DNA from: Catajapyx aquilonaris
Taxonomy: Eukaryota
Direction: 5' to 3'
Length of the DNA stretch: 64,000 bases
Assembly: GCA_000934665.2 (NCBI GenBank)
Contig: KZ537956.1
Span: forward strand, 1 to 64,000
The position numbers and the translations under genes are program-made. The notes beneath the pieces are model-generated. The model saw nothing but the letters and a program-made list of their open reading frames with translations, searched no databases and had not been told where the DNA came from. Numbering within the stretch: the first letter of the stretch is position 1; each line of letters opens with the position of its first letter. Shown in pieces: positions 20,201-35,200 of the stretch.

Positions 20201-23200
20201 AAGTTGTAAACAGAGGTATCTTAAAGTTTCAGATCTGAAGATTTTTGGGAAATTTCCATTATAATAGCTCTGTCTATGTCTGGGTGTAAGCCACATACTT
20301 GTCACGAATATTGAAGTTCTTCTGTGCTTCGAGTGTCTCAATGAAAGTGAGAAGGAAGCACTTGTTGTTGATCAGCTGTTCAAACTGAAGCATGGCAGTG
20401 TCATAGTTGGATCTCGGACCATTGATTCTCAACTGTAAGTGAATCAACAAAGTTATTAATGTGGTGTAAACAAATTACATAAGAAAATACAGTAGAATCC
20501 ACTTCATTGAATAGCACTAACCACAGTTCTATGCAAAAATCAATATTAGTAAATATTCTGACAAGTCACTATATCCTGTTCACTACTTAAATTTTCCACA
20601 CTATGTACTGGAATGCCACACAATGCATACCTTTGGATCATGAAGAACAGGGTGATCAGTGACACCTGGGAAGAACACCTTCATAACGTAGGTCTTGTGA
20701 TCCAGAGTAGGTATCCCAGATGATTCCAGATCTGCCGTCAGATCCGTCATGTCCGTCTGAAGCTCTGCAAATGCTGCGCAGGGAGGAAAGAAAGAGTTGG
20801 AAGAGTCTGCATATCAACAGTACGTCACACAGCACAGTCTGGTTATTTGAAAGTGATGAAAGTGAAGTTTAGTTTACAACAGAAGGATGGGGTCTTGGGA
20901 GTCATACCACAGGAATTGGCAACAGATGTGTTTACACCAGAATGCAAGCACGCCCGAGATGCAGTCACAAGGAAGACAGTGTAGGTGCAACACATCATCA
21001 TGACTGCATCTTGGGGATGTCTTGTCCTCTAGTGCAACTGTACATAATATGAAAGATTGTGACACCAAAGCATACTGACATGCTCCAGCAAATTATTCTG
21101 ATTTGGATGGCCCAGGTCACTACCAACATAAGTGAATGATGTCAGGATGCGGTAAGGATTTCCAGCCACAGCCCATATACATGTTTTCTTTTTAAATTGA
21201 GAATCAGCTCAAAATTGAAATAAATATTTGTTCCAGCATTTTACAGTGTTGATATTAACTTGTATTTGTATTTGTATTTATTGAACCCAGTGAACCGTTG
21301 ATATTAACTTCAGAATACGTGGCTGAAATACTCAGGAATGAGGCTTACAGCATTGATCTTATTCAATGCTATTAAAAATAGCTAGACAGGAAAGGATAAC
21401 TGTTGATTCATATCCATATGACGGGAAGTGCATGACTTCCAATACCTTTAGCTTTAGCACATAAGTCTACGAGTATTGTCCATAGTGACAGACAAGTCCC
21501 ACACGAATTATTATTTTTTAAACTGGGCGAATGCGAGCCGATTCTGGCGTGGGTTGGGATTGACTACAAGTAGTAGCAAGTAGTAGTAAGATGCAACGAG
21601 AATGGTGTAACATTCTTTGGGTTGCTTGAACAAATGGACAGGTATAAATGTGGTAAACCAACAACTCTTTTTACCACAGGTGGTAGAAAATGATTGCAAG
21701 CCAGTGATCCATCATGTGAAGCATGTCAGTACAAGTACTGATGAAGAACCAGTGGCTTAAAATTAACACCAAGACACTTACAATGCTACAAAATGGGGGC
21801 AATGAGGTGGGAGGGCCAACCAATTTTGACAAGTCAGGTGACAAAACACTGTGCTACATGTGAAACCATGCAATAAAATTCCCGCATGCTCTGGCACCTA
21901 GGAAGGAAAAGTCACATATGAAAAGTTACACATCTTAAATGACACCATGCATATCTCTCACTGTCACTTACACTACAAGCAACTACTCTAGACATTGGCT
22001 ACGGTTAAAAAATATATAATGTGAAATGCATGCATGAGGTATGTACCATGCAGGTATGAGCCACCGTTGCGCCGGGGGTCCCATGTGCACATCTGTGCGA
22101 AAGCTGAAAGAAATGAAAAGGGGGGTTCGGTTTACTCCTTCTCTTTAGAATGAGGTAAAGAGAAAAGGCAAAAGAGGGGGCTGGACTGAAAATGTGGTCT
22201 ACTAAAAAATCTTTCTTTTTTTTAAAAAAATATATATGCACAGCTTGCTTGTGAGGTGGACATTACAGCATTAGACTGTGCATGTGCTTAGCAAAAAACT
22301 GGTGCACTCTACTCTCAAAACTTTTAATTATCTCTCACCCCTGCCTCCCCACACCCCCTCCTACTTCACTGTTAAAAAAAGCCAAATGACAAAAGCATTA
22401 AAACTGTGAGGCGCAAATTGGCACAGACCCCAAGCGGACGGCAGGATTTGCAAAAAATTGGAAAGTTTCCACAAACACCCAAGTGAAGATGGAGAAGAAG
22501 AAACAGAATTGTACACTTTCTTGGCTATAGGGATGGGGTAGTCAGGGGGAAAAAATTAATAAAGAAAATATATGTATTGGACAATGCGTTTGAACGTCAC
22601 TGCTGACACCCACCTTGTTTGCACTCCGATCTGACGTTGCTCTCCAAGGTGTCCATCTGAATCTGAATCCTCTTGTACTCTCGCTCTGCCTGTGTTGACT
22701 TACGCCTGTACACAATCAGTATCACAAAGAAAAGGAGAATCAGGAAAGCACCTCCAGCGGCAATCCCACCCATGGCTTCTGGTGGGAAGCTATAGGGCTT
22801 GATGACCTCATAGCGAAGGTAGCCAATGGGAAAGCGGAGGTTTTGACCTACGCGAACCACCACCAAAGGGAGACCTGTCTCCGTTTTGATCCCAATCTCA
22901 TCTGTTCCTGCAGGTTGGACCTCGGGAGGAGTGCACACCAGCTGAGTCAGAGCCAGTGAGGTCACGTTACAAGGTCGAGTGCCAATGGTCACATTCACAT
23001 CGGATTCATCACTGGCCAAGTTCAGATTCTCTCCCTAGGGCAGGAGAAAATTTTGCTCTAGAATGTCCCCTCTAAAACATAATGTGAGATGTGCCAAAAC
23101 GTGGCTTCAGCATAATAATCCTATTTTTACCTGCCCTTCCATAACTTGCAAAAATTATGTTACTAATTCTACAGAATCTTATCCACCCCCTGCATGTACT

Positions 23201-26200
23201 ACAGTACCAAATGGTTCCCTACACTCATCATTCTCATAAAGGTGATGTTTCTTTTATCACCAGTTTTATCATAGAGTGGTTGTGCACCATGACTGCTACC
23301 TGTTACTGACAGACACGCATTTCTGCAGCCCCTACCTCAATGACCAGTGTGTCTCCCTTGTAAAGCTTGATCATGCTTGGGAACTGGAAGTAGTTGGGGT
23401 CCTCCACATACAGGAGCTGAGAGCGCAAGTTCTGGAAGTGCTTCTTGAGGTCTCTCACTGCCTCCACGTTGTCCATCAGGAAGCCCACGTTCAAGATGAG
23501 AGCAGCCTCTCTGTATCGCCTCAGAGACCTGGTGGCCTTGCCCACAGAACGCTCTTCACGAGTAGCAGCCATGAACTTGTCATTGATGGGTGGGGATGGG
23601 CACTCCATTTGGGCTCCATTCAGAACCAGGCACACCTGCACCACATGGAAAGACTGTGGGTCATATAAGACTGCATGAGAATCAGAGAGAGAAGGACAAC
23701 TAAGGCCTCACATGGACAGGTCAGACTCAGGATTTGTATAAGGATCAACACAGAATGATGTTCATTACACATGTGAACCTGAGCAACATTTCATGCAATC
23801 ATGTCACTTCATGTCAGGCTCCAATGTGGGCATCACAGGAAGGAAGAAGTGGAAGGGTGGGTTACATCCATAAGGAAATGTACGAACAGCCTGATTCTGC
23901 TTCCAAGAAAAACAACACAAGTCCAAGTTCAGGTCCAGGACTGACAATGCACAAATACTTTATACTGATGAGCAATACTACCAGCCAAAAAAGGCATATC
24001 TGCACAATGCAAAGAGTTCTTGTTATTCTTAGAGTTGTCTGGTGCATACATGACGTATGAGCATATGCCTTTCTTGGCATGTCTGCAGAGTAGCTCACAG
24101 CAACTTAATTATTTCCTCAGCATAGTGGAAATGACTGCAGTATCGCTCATAACAGCAAGAGTGGCGTGTGTTGTCAATTTGGGCCTCTGATGAACACACA
24201 TTGAGAAAGGCTCTAGAAGCTAAGCTCACAGTCTTGTTGATCGGCTCTGGGTTGTCCTCAGCATACACCACCATCTCTGGCTTCTGAATCGAGTCCAGGT
24301 TGGTCCCATGCACAGTGATCATTCTTCCTCCAGAGGCAAAGCTCTTCAGGGGTTTAATCTCCATGATGGTGGGGTCCATGGTGTAGTTGTATGGGTTTCC
24401 TCCCAGAGTTCGATTGGCACCATCAATGTACAAAGTGAGCTTCTCATTGACTTGAGGACCATTGGACCTGGACGTGGTGCAGGTTATGCGACTTGAAGAT
24501 GCATGGCTGGTGTTGACCTGGCAAGGGAGGTCATCCAGGAAGGCTGACACCGTGCTGCCAATGTTCAGGTACGATCCAGTCACTGCCAGCTGGGTTCCGC
24601 CGCTCTGGGGCCCAAGCCGTGGATACAGGCCACTCAACCGTATGTCCTGAAACCATACCCATCAGGTTACTACATATCGTATAAATATTTTCCAGAAAAA
24701 ATATACATCTGTGAAGCGGAGGAAAGGGGTACAAAAGAGACGTGTGATCATTATTTCTGCAGCTTCTCCATATTTGTTCTGCAGCACCCACTTCCCCACA
24801 GTGATATCACAGGCCCCCCCCCTGCTAATGAAATCCAAACAGTAATTAGCATTTTGTAATTACTGGTATCAACAATGAACTGGCATGGTGGGGTGCGTTG
24901 GGGAGGAAGGGGAGGGAGGGGGCAGCAGGCAGGGTGGGTGGATGGGGAGGTTTGAGAGAAGGCTTCATTAGTCCAATGAGCACGCGAACTCATTTCCAGC
25001 TCTGGGAAAACGTTTTGTAAGCAAGTATTGTCTTGGCCAGAGTTGCAGGAGCCAGCAATAATAAACTGAAACACTCCGGATACAAACTCTGAACAACTCT
25101 CTCTCAACCACCAACATCCCCCTCCCCCCATTGTGCGATAAGGAGCCTGAAAATAAAAGGCAACTCTCACCCTGTAGCTGAATTTGACCACAGACTCCGT
25201 GTAGCCCACAGCATTCCCAACGATGATGGGCGCTTCCATCTCCACATCAACAGGTCCAGTCTTGCACACAATCCTCACCGACACCTGGTAGTTCACCAGC
25301 TCACAAGCCACGTTCCCAATCTGAATCTTGCCCTTAACATCCTCTTCCTTCAGGCCCAGATTGCTGCCCTCGATGGTCACCAGCGTGCCTCCTTCAATAG
25401 GACCACTCAACGGTTTGATCTGCAAAGGTAAAAGTTCAGTTGGTCTAATTGTCAATGACTCGCTGTTAATGTTGCATGTACAGGTGGAGATGATGGGACA
25501 CACGAATTTGATTGATTCCATCGGCTTCTGCGTTGGATGCGACCACGCATGTACAAAAAAAGGGCAGATATCGGTGCGCAGTGTGCACACAAGAGACTGA
25601 CGTTGACCCCAAAAATGACAGCCCCTCCCATACATTATCAGTGGGAGTGTCATGGATCCTGAAAGGATGAATTATGCATGCCCAGTGCCTAACTCAGCAG
25701 CCCAGAGACAAGGTCCGAGCGGCCTTCTGCCGCTGCTGATGCTGAAGAGTTGACACCCAACCCTCCCTCCCTCCCTCCCCTCATCGGGGTCCAGCAGCCT
25801 CCCTCTCCCTTTAAAATGTGCGGCACTGATGGGGAGGAATGAAGATGGATTGGCGGCGATTGCCTCGATGGGATTCACCATCGATTCGTCTCTGTCACAA
25901 ATCATCCCCCAGTGTGGAAACAGGCACTGGGGGGGACACATCACACATCCAGCATTGACAATATGCATGCATGGATGCATCGCACGTGCTACGATCACAA
26001 TGGAGCCAGTCCTATATTTTCCTTCCCACACACTGCCAAATTTCATTAGCTCAAAAGGGGTTTCTTTTGTGCGCACCAAGTGTTTACTAGGTCCCATATA
26101 TCCCAATATCCCCGTCTGTTTCCTTGATTCGTAAACCCCATGGGGCATAGAAAATTACAGCGGACCCCCTGAAAAACCCCGGCATCCGAACCCGGGTACA

Positions 26201-29200
26201 TCATGTTAATAATCATCGCGATACAGGCCTAATAATTCGCTTTATTCGAAATAAACGTCAGGTCCACGCGATTTTCACGGCCCGGGCCTCGCTACTGTGC
26301 CGGACAGTTTTGTTTGTTTACTGCCGCGCCACAGTCATTATAATAAATTTCAGTTTTCTTCCGCAGATGAAATTCGCTCCGGCTGCACCCAACTCTCGGC
26401 ACTTACATTTATTCCGGCCAGAAACTTTATACTTTGCACCCCCCACTTTTTATTGCCTTTTCCGGATTTTTTAATGCCGGTTGGTGCACTCTGACCTGCC
26501 CTGGAAAAAAGAGCCAGGTCAGGGCTTGAACCATCAGCTCATGCATAATGCTGCAAGTGTAGTACGACCCTGGCTTCCATCAAACATTGAACTGGCCCTG
26601 GACCCGGATACAACCGCTGTGGGACACCCCTTTTATATTATTCCCGGTCGGCGTGCGTGTCCGTGACAATCACAGCGGTCACACATCAAAGGCACCTCGC
26701 CTGACCTGACTGGCCGCGTGTGTGGGCACGGCTACCGAATTATCTGCAATGTCTCAATTCATCATATTGTCGTTTGGACCAAGACACTTCGGGTGCTGCA
26801 ATTTGCATGAGGAACCAGCACTAGAAAAATCAGGCTACTAGATGGCCTTCCTAGTGTTGTGGAAGAGATGGCCTGAGGGGATCTGCTGGGGAAAAGGCGT
26901 TGACCTCCCCAGAGTTTGCAACTTACCACATCGATCCTGGGCTTGGGACACTCGTTGACCGGCGTCTGGAGGCAGCTCTCGCTGTAGCTGCACGTGTACC
27001 CGCACCAGGTACACCGGTACTTGGCATTCCGGGTGACGCACAGGGAGCAGTCCGGGTGGTCACGGTGAGATCCAAGGATGTCGCACTTGTACAGGGTCAC
27101 GTTGATGATGTCCACGTGGTGATTCCGGTTCCAGACCACGGTCACCGAGGCCTGGTACTCTCCAGTGTGCGCCTCGTACGAATACTGCCAACAGACAATA
27201 ACCATTAGCTCCTCTGCTGACCCTCGCCATAAAAAATAACACCGAGCCGGACCCCACCGCCTTGAAGAGAAAATAACCCAGGTCTGGCAGCTCCAAATGA
27301 GGAGTTTTGGCTTTACGACCCGAAATCATCAGGGAATTCTCATTAGTCCAGGGTGGAGACTCGGTGGAAAAGGGTCCCCCTCCCTCCAGCCCCAACCTGG
27401 TCTTTTTCTCAGTGGGGGGGCCCGCTCCGAGGCTATAAGGTCACGATTATTCTTCTTGAAAGGTGCCCACAGTGTGTGCAACATTCCCGCGCCACTCAGA
27501 ATCACTTGCGCACGAGCGTTTTTCTGGCGCGAAACGGGCGCGAAACGGGCGCGACACGGACGTAACACGAGCATTTTTTCCTGAAGTAATTTCGGCAAAA
27601 ACACGCCCTAATTTGTGGAGCTTCGCAAACTTTTTGGGGGGTCGAATCCTGCGATCCGGGCTTCTGGAGCTGAGACAATGAAAAATCGCGTCCGGACTCG
27701 GAGGCGATGGCCCAGAATCCGGAGTTGGCCTCCGGACATCTCGGCGCAATGCGAGGATCCGACGGTCCAGCAGCGGAATTAGGAAACTGGAGACCCGGAT
27801 TCAGATTCCAGGCGACGGGCTCCCGGATCCCTCGGGGTCAACCATGCCCTACAGAGGTTTTTTTTTCTTTCTTTTCTTGAACCAGACCCTTTTCATTCCG
27901 GCCATTTGCTAAGAGCAGCGTCGGCGTGCCCACCGCCAAGGAACAGATTTGCTCCGAAGTTTCATTTCCATGCTGCCACCGAGATGCCCTATCCATTAGG
28001 TCTAATTGAACTATTTGTCTTGTATGAGGATTAAGCCTCTTCGGGCCTGGCTGAAGCGTGGATAAAGTGCCAACTGCTTGAACACTGAGATTCTGCGACT
28101 CGACACGCTTGTCGCACGTAATTTGTGAGAGTGTCCCGGACGCCCCCCAGCAGCTTATGGGGACTGTCCTATGGATGTCGAACTACACTTCTTGCCGCTT
28201 GCACCGTTGCGGAAATACAGACCAAGAGTCGAAGCAACAATGTTCAAACGACGCCAGCGTGTTAATTAGCAGCATTGATGCAATTACGCACTGATGATAG
28301 CTCGTGTTTTGATTACCCCAGTACCATTATTCACCTCGAAGCGTCGCTTCCAACTTTTTAATACCCGGCTCATGACACTTGCGCAAAAAGTCTGACACTA
28401 TACAACGTGGGGCTGGGAAATGCACATTGGCGAAAAGCCTCTTTCGTGCACCGTCGGTGCCTATTTTCCTGTAATGCGGCGCATTAATTTTGGCGTGCAA
28501 ACTTGAACCCTTGGCCATTACGTGATGAATGATGAATTGATACGGAAAAAGGCCCCGCCTCCTCGGACCTTCACTGCATGACCGATTGACCCCTGCACGA
28601 TATTTACTTCGGTTGATCCTTCGACATATACTGTCTTAAACTCTTTGCAAATTTGCTGCCGAAGCACTGTGTGTTTTGCAGGCTAATAGAGATTACCGGC
28701 TTGATCGCTCGGATTTGCACCGTATACCTTTTGTTCAAAAATAGAAAACTCTCCAAGTACAAAGCTGGCATCGAAATTAATCTGACCTGTTGAACCGCTT
28801 AATTGATCATTTACGTGGGCCAATATTTGTACGACACGTCCCTCGATTTCTGGTAAAACACACCGCCCATGGATCACGACCGCTGTGTGGGAACGGGCCC
28901 ACCTTGATGACCTCGCAACTACTCATCCGGGACGCTTTTCCTGTCCCAATTTCTCCGTATATTTTTTTTGGGACAATACTCACCGTGGTCTTGTCGCACA
29001 CGACGAACCGGCCAGATTCGACCCTGGCCGGCACCATCATCTTGGCTCCCTCGATGTTGACAATGCACTGGAAACCGGTGTGTCCAACCTGCGGGTGCGG
29101 CAGGTTCTCCACTTCCAACACCATCTCCTTGGGTACACTGTTGGGCAGCATGATGGCCTCCTCAGGGTGTCGAAACCTCGGACAGAACTGAGCACCGTGT

Positions 29201-32200
29201 GTCAGCAGATGCGCCGGATTCTGCAATAATAATGATAAAAATTGATGTACCTGCTCCAAAATTTGAGTGTACATAGACCATTCTTGACGGGAGGACCAAG
29301 TTAGGGATATTCATTCTGGGCACGCGGTGGCTTTGACAAGAGCTTAATTACACGAGTTGTGAATTCTGTGTCTGTCCCGCCCTAGCACTCTCACGTAATT
29401 AAGCCGTGGTGACACTCATTGCCGTTCGCCATTAGGCTCTGCCTCAAACACTGCCCCGTCGCGTTATTGCATTACATTTTCACGCTCTATTGTTTTGCCA
29501 CGCCATCAGGATTTGCCCAAATTTCCTTGCGGCCGATTCCATATTGGTCCGGCAAACCTAGGTCATTTTCTGAGCTCTAATAGACATTCGAGGGGGCTTG
29601 AACATGTGATTAGTGCATCATCTAGTTACCGGCAGGGGTTTTTACCCTTGTTTTCTGGCGTCTAAAATCGATATGCACTTGCCACTAATTTATACGGGAG
29701 CGTTTTCAATATGCACTGGCCCTCCTGCTGGATTCCGGAGGCAGAACCAGAAGTTTGGTTTATCACGGGCATTAATAAAATAAAAATCCATGTGAAACCG
29801 TACAGCCAGAGGCAGCAGGGTGGAAAAAACTCTAATACTGCTTTATTAGTTGAAATTCTCGAATATGTGACCGGATTATTAAAAAGTACATTTCTACAGA
29901 AATATTAATATTTGGCGCATACAGTGCTATAGATTAGGCACGACTGGAAAAATGCGGATTTTGTAACATTTTTGGTGAAGACCGAGATCTGGCGGTTGAT
30001 TGCTTGGAATGCAATCACGGTGACAGTGGGCAGGTTTTTCCACCCGGTTTTCTGGCGGCTCCACAATATTTTATTCGTACAGTATGCGCAGGAATAAAAA
30101 AAATAATTCTCGCGGGTGGTCCTGCCCGCAATAATTTGACCGCCCCTTAAAAACTCCCCAATCAATTAGCCTCTAACAAGCACATTATACGTTACAACAG
30201 AGACTACCTGAGGTGACGGGTCAATCAATCCTCCCGGGTATAGAATTTGAGGTCAATCATACCGCAATAGCCACATGCAGCGTTTTCGAATCAATAAGCA
30301 ATAAATTCGGACATCTTTGTGCAGTATTAAAGACGCAAAGCGCTTTATATCGATTTAGCCACAAAATTTGAGCCAACCAGCAGTACTCGGCAGCGAACAT
30401 GAAAGTGTCGTCTGTCTGATCTGACATTACAAGCTGTCACAAACAGCGACGGCGGCGGTTAGCGCCCTCCAAAAAGCCACAGAGAGAAAGAGAGACTCTG
30501 GCATACACACACACATATATATGCTATGTTTCGATTAACTGGTTCGTCGAACAAATGGCTTACAGAGATAGCCTTCAGTACGGCGCAAACCGACCTACTT
30601 TCCACCTGCACCGTTCCAATCAGCGGCTTATTCGGTTAGTTGGCTTTCCAGGAGCTTTGCCAATCGTATCTGTAATCAACTACCTCCCATCCTCCACATT
30701 TATCCTTTTTTCTCTCTCTCAAGAAATAAGGAACACTTTGCTCGCCGCACACCAAAAATAACACAATTCAGCAACCGGAGGCAAGTCGATTCTTCCGCAT
30801 CTGTACCTTTCCATCAAGCCGGCCCGGAATTGTGGCCGGAACTTAATGACCAGATTATCGACATGCTCCGGTTGATTGTTAACCCCAGCAAGTGCTGAAA
30901 AGTTGAAACGGCAGCCCTCTCAGTTTTCCAAATCGAGTTCCCCCAAAAAAGTGGGCTATACCCTCCCAGCATCCCATCATCCAGCTATGTCAGAGCCCGG
31001 ACGTAATGTAACAGTCATGTTAACAACTTCCCTAGGGGCGACGGGGCGGCTACAGGGCCCCAGAGAAAACCGCCGTCTGCCCCTGGCTGTCGTCCCGCCC
31101 TCCCCCTGCCCTCCCACTGAAAAAGAAGAGAGAGAAAAAAAGTGGTGAGGCGCCGGCGCCTGGCAGAAGCAGCAAAAGCGCTGAGACGGAAGATGATCCG
31201 GGGGCAACTTTAGGAAAAGAGAAGGGGCGTCGCCTAATCCATACAAAATGTCGCTGCCTCGCCGACACCTTATTTGGCGCAAACTAAACCCATCTCCACT
31301 TGCTCATTCGGTTGTAAAATGGCGCCGGCGTCTCATCTGCAGTCAGGTTTACTCTCAACCACTCTTTTCCTACGGGCTACACCCGCCAATCCCATGCCCT
31401 ATTATTACTAACAAGAATAAGAATAAGGAATAAGACTCGTATAGGCAAATAAGACCCACAGGTGAATAAGGCAATCCGGAGGGAAATAAAATAATGTAGA
31501 GGTGTTGTAATAAATTGCGTCGAGTGCATCTTTTTATGCATACAAAGTTTTTTGAGAGTGTATCCACAGTGAAGCCACTCGAGCTTCTTAGTGGCTCCAG
31601 TCACATACACCGAAATCGTTTCACAGGGGGCCATTATACTGTACGAGCATATTGTGCCAAAGCCTCCCCGAATATATCGACAAGCCCCCTAAAATACTGC
31701 AAGCTTTTCCCTTTTTACCCGGGCCCTCTCCAGAAACACATAAAAACGGAGCAGGCAGCATAAATTTCCTGCTCTGTTTTTATCCTCCATTCTCCACACT
31801 ATGGCCCAAGATACATTATCGCTGCCATTGAGTGCGCGCGATGCATTTTGAAGAGCTGTTACCCTTTTTTTATGCATCCTCCCCCACTTTGGATGCTTTG
31901 CGGAGAAGAAGAAGAAGAAGAAGAATGATGGAGGACGTTGCCGAACATGCAAGGGTCATCATTCAGCATGCATTTTTAAAACCCACCCCCTCCCCAGCAA
32001 AGCAACGTCAGATTGGCCCCGTTTGTCATCCTAGATGCCAAACAAACGCAGGCTGGAAGGCACCTCCGATAAATGATGGTCTCCCTGATGGTGGTCACAA
32101 CTTGGGTGCCACGCAGATAAGAGGAGATGGCTGCATCTTTTGCGCGGACGATAAGGAGACCTCCAACAAATGGGTTGGACCAGGAGTTGAACCCAGGCGC

Positions 32201-35200
32201 CGCAACCGAACCGTGCTCGGTGTCGCCCGACGTATGAAACTTTAGACGGCCGCTTGCTGCCTTTGTTGTCTGGCAAGACAACACAACGCCTAAATAATTA
32301 GCTGGCTCCAAGTTAGCCGCGGACTCAAAATAACATAAGCCGTCTGAACAAAAGAGCTGTGCTTTTGTTGTGTGGGGAGGAGGGGGGGGGGGAGGCTTAG
32401 TAAGCATGCCTCTGGGGAATAATACACCTCTCTATGAATTAATAGCACCCAAGTTGGAAGCTCGGATTACGCGCACCTTACAAGAGTGTGCTTTGCTCGG
32501 TGCTATGTATAGGACGGCATTTGACGCAGTGGCGCACTAATAGAGCAGTAGCAAAACCTAAACTAGCGGAACTGATTCCAATTATGTTGGGGTGCACAAT
32601 CAATGCAACAGTTGACAATATAATACAGTGCATTATGCCCAATATTATTCAATTCACCCGATTTAGCCCAGTGTCATACCCGTCCCCTCCCCCTCCCCCA
32701 TCCACCCCCCCCAGCCAACCACCGACCGACACAATGCAGGCGTCCCTCGAAATAAACTGACCGCAAATATGAGCATTATCATATAATGTAAATTCCTTCC
32801 CGGCACTTTTTGCAACTCTCAGTCCCGCAAAATGGTGTGAAACTGGTCAATAAATACCTGAATCTGCATACGAAGGATGCTTACATTTTCTCCGCTGATG
32901 ACGGTCCGTTGGCAGGTGGATGTGTTGTGCGTACACTTGTTCTCATACACGCACCAGTTGCACGCCCACTGGCTCTTGACGCAATCACGACACGTCCGAT
33001 GCCTGGAGCAGTCGTAGTACGCAAAGTTCCGGCTCACAAAATCCTTGTTGGTCTCGGACGACCGGACCGAGAGCGGCACCAGCACGTGGTCCTGACCTTC
33101 CGGTATGGACGGCCTGGAGGTGACCGGTGGGGTCTGGCAGGTCAGTCCGTACGGCATCACAGACGCATCTATGGGCTCGGCACGACCGAACACGCACTTG
33201 TACTTGGTACCGGACGGGAGCTCCGGCAGGGTCCGAATGGTCAGCTGGACCTGGAACATACACCAAAAAAATATGATTATTAATAACCCCCAGGTTTTGA
33301 TTATCACCCCGGAAAATGTTCATCTATCTGACAAATATGCCAGCTATGTATAAACAAGCCGCAAATTGGCATCGACCGGCCGTGTTTATCAACAAGCCAA
33401 GCTCTCGGAATGTCACATCCCGCAGCCACACTACCAATCACTATCGATCTCGATATATAACCCCCTCCCTTCCAAAATTCAAGGAAATCGTTGTGCTCTG
33501 TTGTAAACTCAAACATGCTGGAAGCGGATGGAAAATTGAAGTTCTTTTTCTGGTCCGCTGGGTGAAGGCACAGTTCCAATAAAGTCTTGGAAAGGGGGAA
33601 AAAAAGCTTTCAAATTTGGTCAAAGTAATGCGTGTTTTTTCCCAGCTTTTCTTTCATTCTGAAGCATTATGTGAGTTGGAGGGGGGGGTGATGAATAGCA
33701 GCGTTCACCCTTCTCAGATGACTCATCGTGGGTTGCATTATTGAACAAACCCTAATATTCCTCATTGTCTGTTTTCTTCCCATATGCGACATCGGGGCAA
33801 GAATAAGGACATAAATAAGTAAGACTCACTGTCAGATGAATCAGGTAATACAGAGGGGAATGAGTGTGTAATAAATTGCATCGAATGCGTATTTTTATCG
33901 GCATTCAATTTTTCATTAAATAGTTTGGCCCGTGTGCACCGTCCTATTGAACAAACTTTTCCCATTGTTGAGCATCGAGGGTGTTCCGGATTTGAAAGAC
34001 AATGCTGGTCGTCCGAAACATCGTGGCTGGAGCCCAAAAACGCGAGTAATCTTCTGGCCCGATCCCGCGGGATGATTAACACAAATTCAATTTTGGGACT
34101 GGGAGGGGGGGATTCGAGTGGCGGTGTATTTGTTTGGGAAGAGGGAAGCTTGGTTGGCCCCGGGGCCGAACTCCGCTCGCTTGGCTGCCGTGCGTGCTGC
34201 GTTTCCTCTCTCGCCGACCAACAGCAGCAGACAATGCGCTGGCTCCACTTTTCCACCGGATGGCAGCGTCGCATTAATTTTTAATTCGCTTTTCATTACA
34301 AGGCACGCAGGCAAGCCGCTTTTGGAAAGGTCCATTAATCCAGCAACGACAATTTTCACACCGTTGCCTCTATCCACGCAGGTAGCCTGAAGGCAAATCG
34401 AAAATCGACCCCTTCCTTCTTGTACGTATACACCGCGCTACATACCCGGAAAAGTCGGTTTATTGGATTTAATTATTGAATAATTAAAACTTGGAAGGAG
34501 GGGTCGTGTTAGAAAAAGAAAACAGAGCTACGGGTGGTTCTTCGGCAGCCTTTTAACAAGGGGTTAAGTCTGGCAGCATCGATTGTGCTACCCTGACAAC
34601 AAAAGGCGACCGGAATCAAATGTCGCATTCAGGTCTGGAATGAATTTGGCGCCAGTGCGGATGGGGTTTCCATTCAGGGGCGTTTCCAACATGGCCGAAA
34701 CATGACGAAACTGATTTCATGCAGGGCCGCCCCGTATTCTTCCGGGCTCGTCTCTCCTTTTTTTTTCGCCATCCACCGATACTCCTCCTTGGGCGCCATT
34801 TCTATGCGGCCGGCTCCGTATTCTTGCCGCCTCTCACTGAGTTATTGGCTGTAAAGGAGTAGGGGGTCCCAAGAAGACCCGGCCATTAGGAAGCTGCACC
34901 CACTGCCTGCACTGCCTGTGTGGGGACTGCCACGGCTTTCAAACGAACCAGATTTGCATACAGAAGTGAAGGCAGGTCGCGGGATCGGGACTCAATGGGG
35001 TCACCTCCATTTTTCACCCCGGTAATCAGCTCCCACAACAATTATTGTCACAACCCGTTGACATTAATGCCATTACCAGAATCACATTAAATCGGACGGA
35101 TGCCCACAATTTTTTGTTGTTTTGTTTTGTAAAATATAAAGCATGGTAGGAATGCCCACCAGACCTCCCTGGAATCGAGATTCCAAATTTGCGATGGGTG

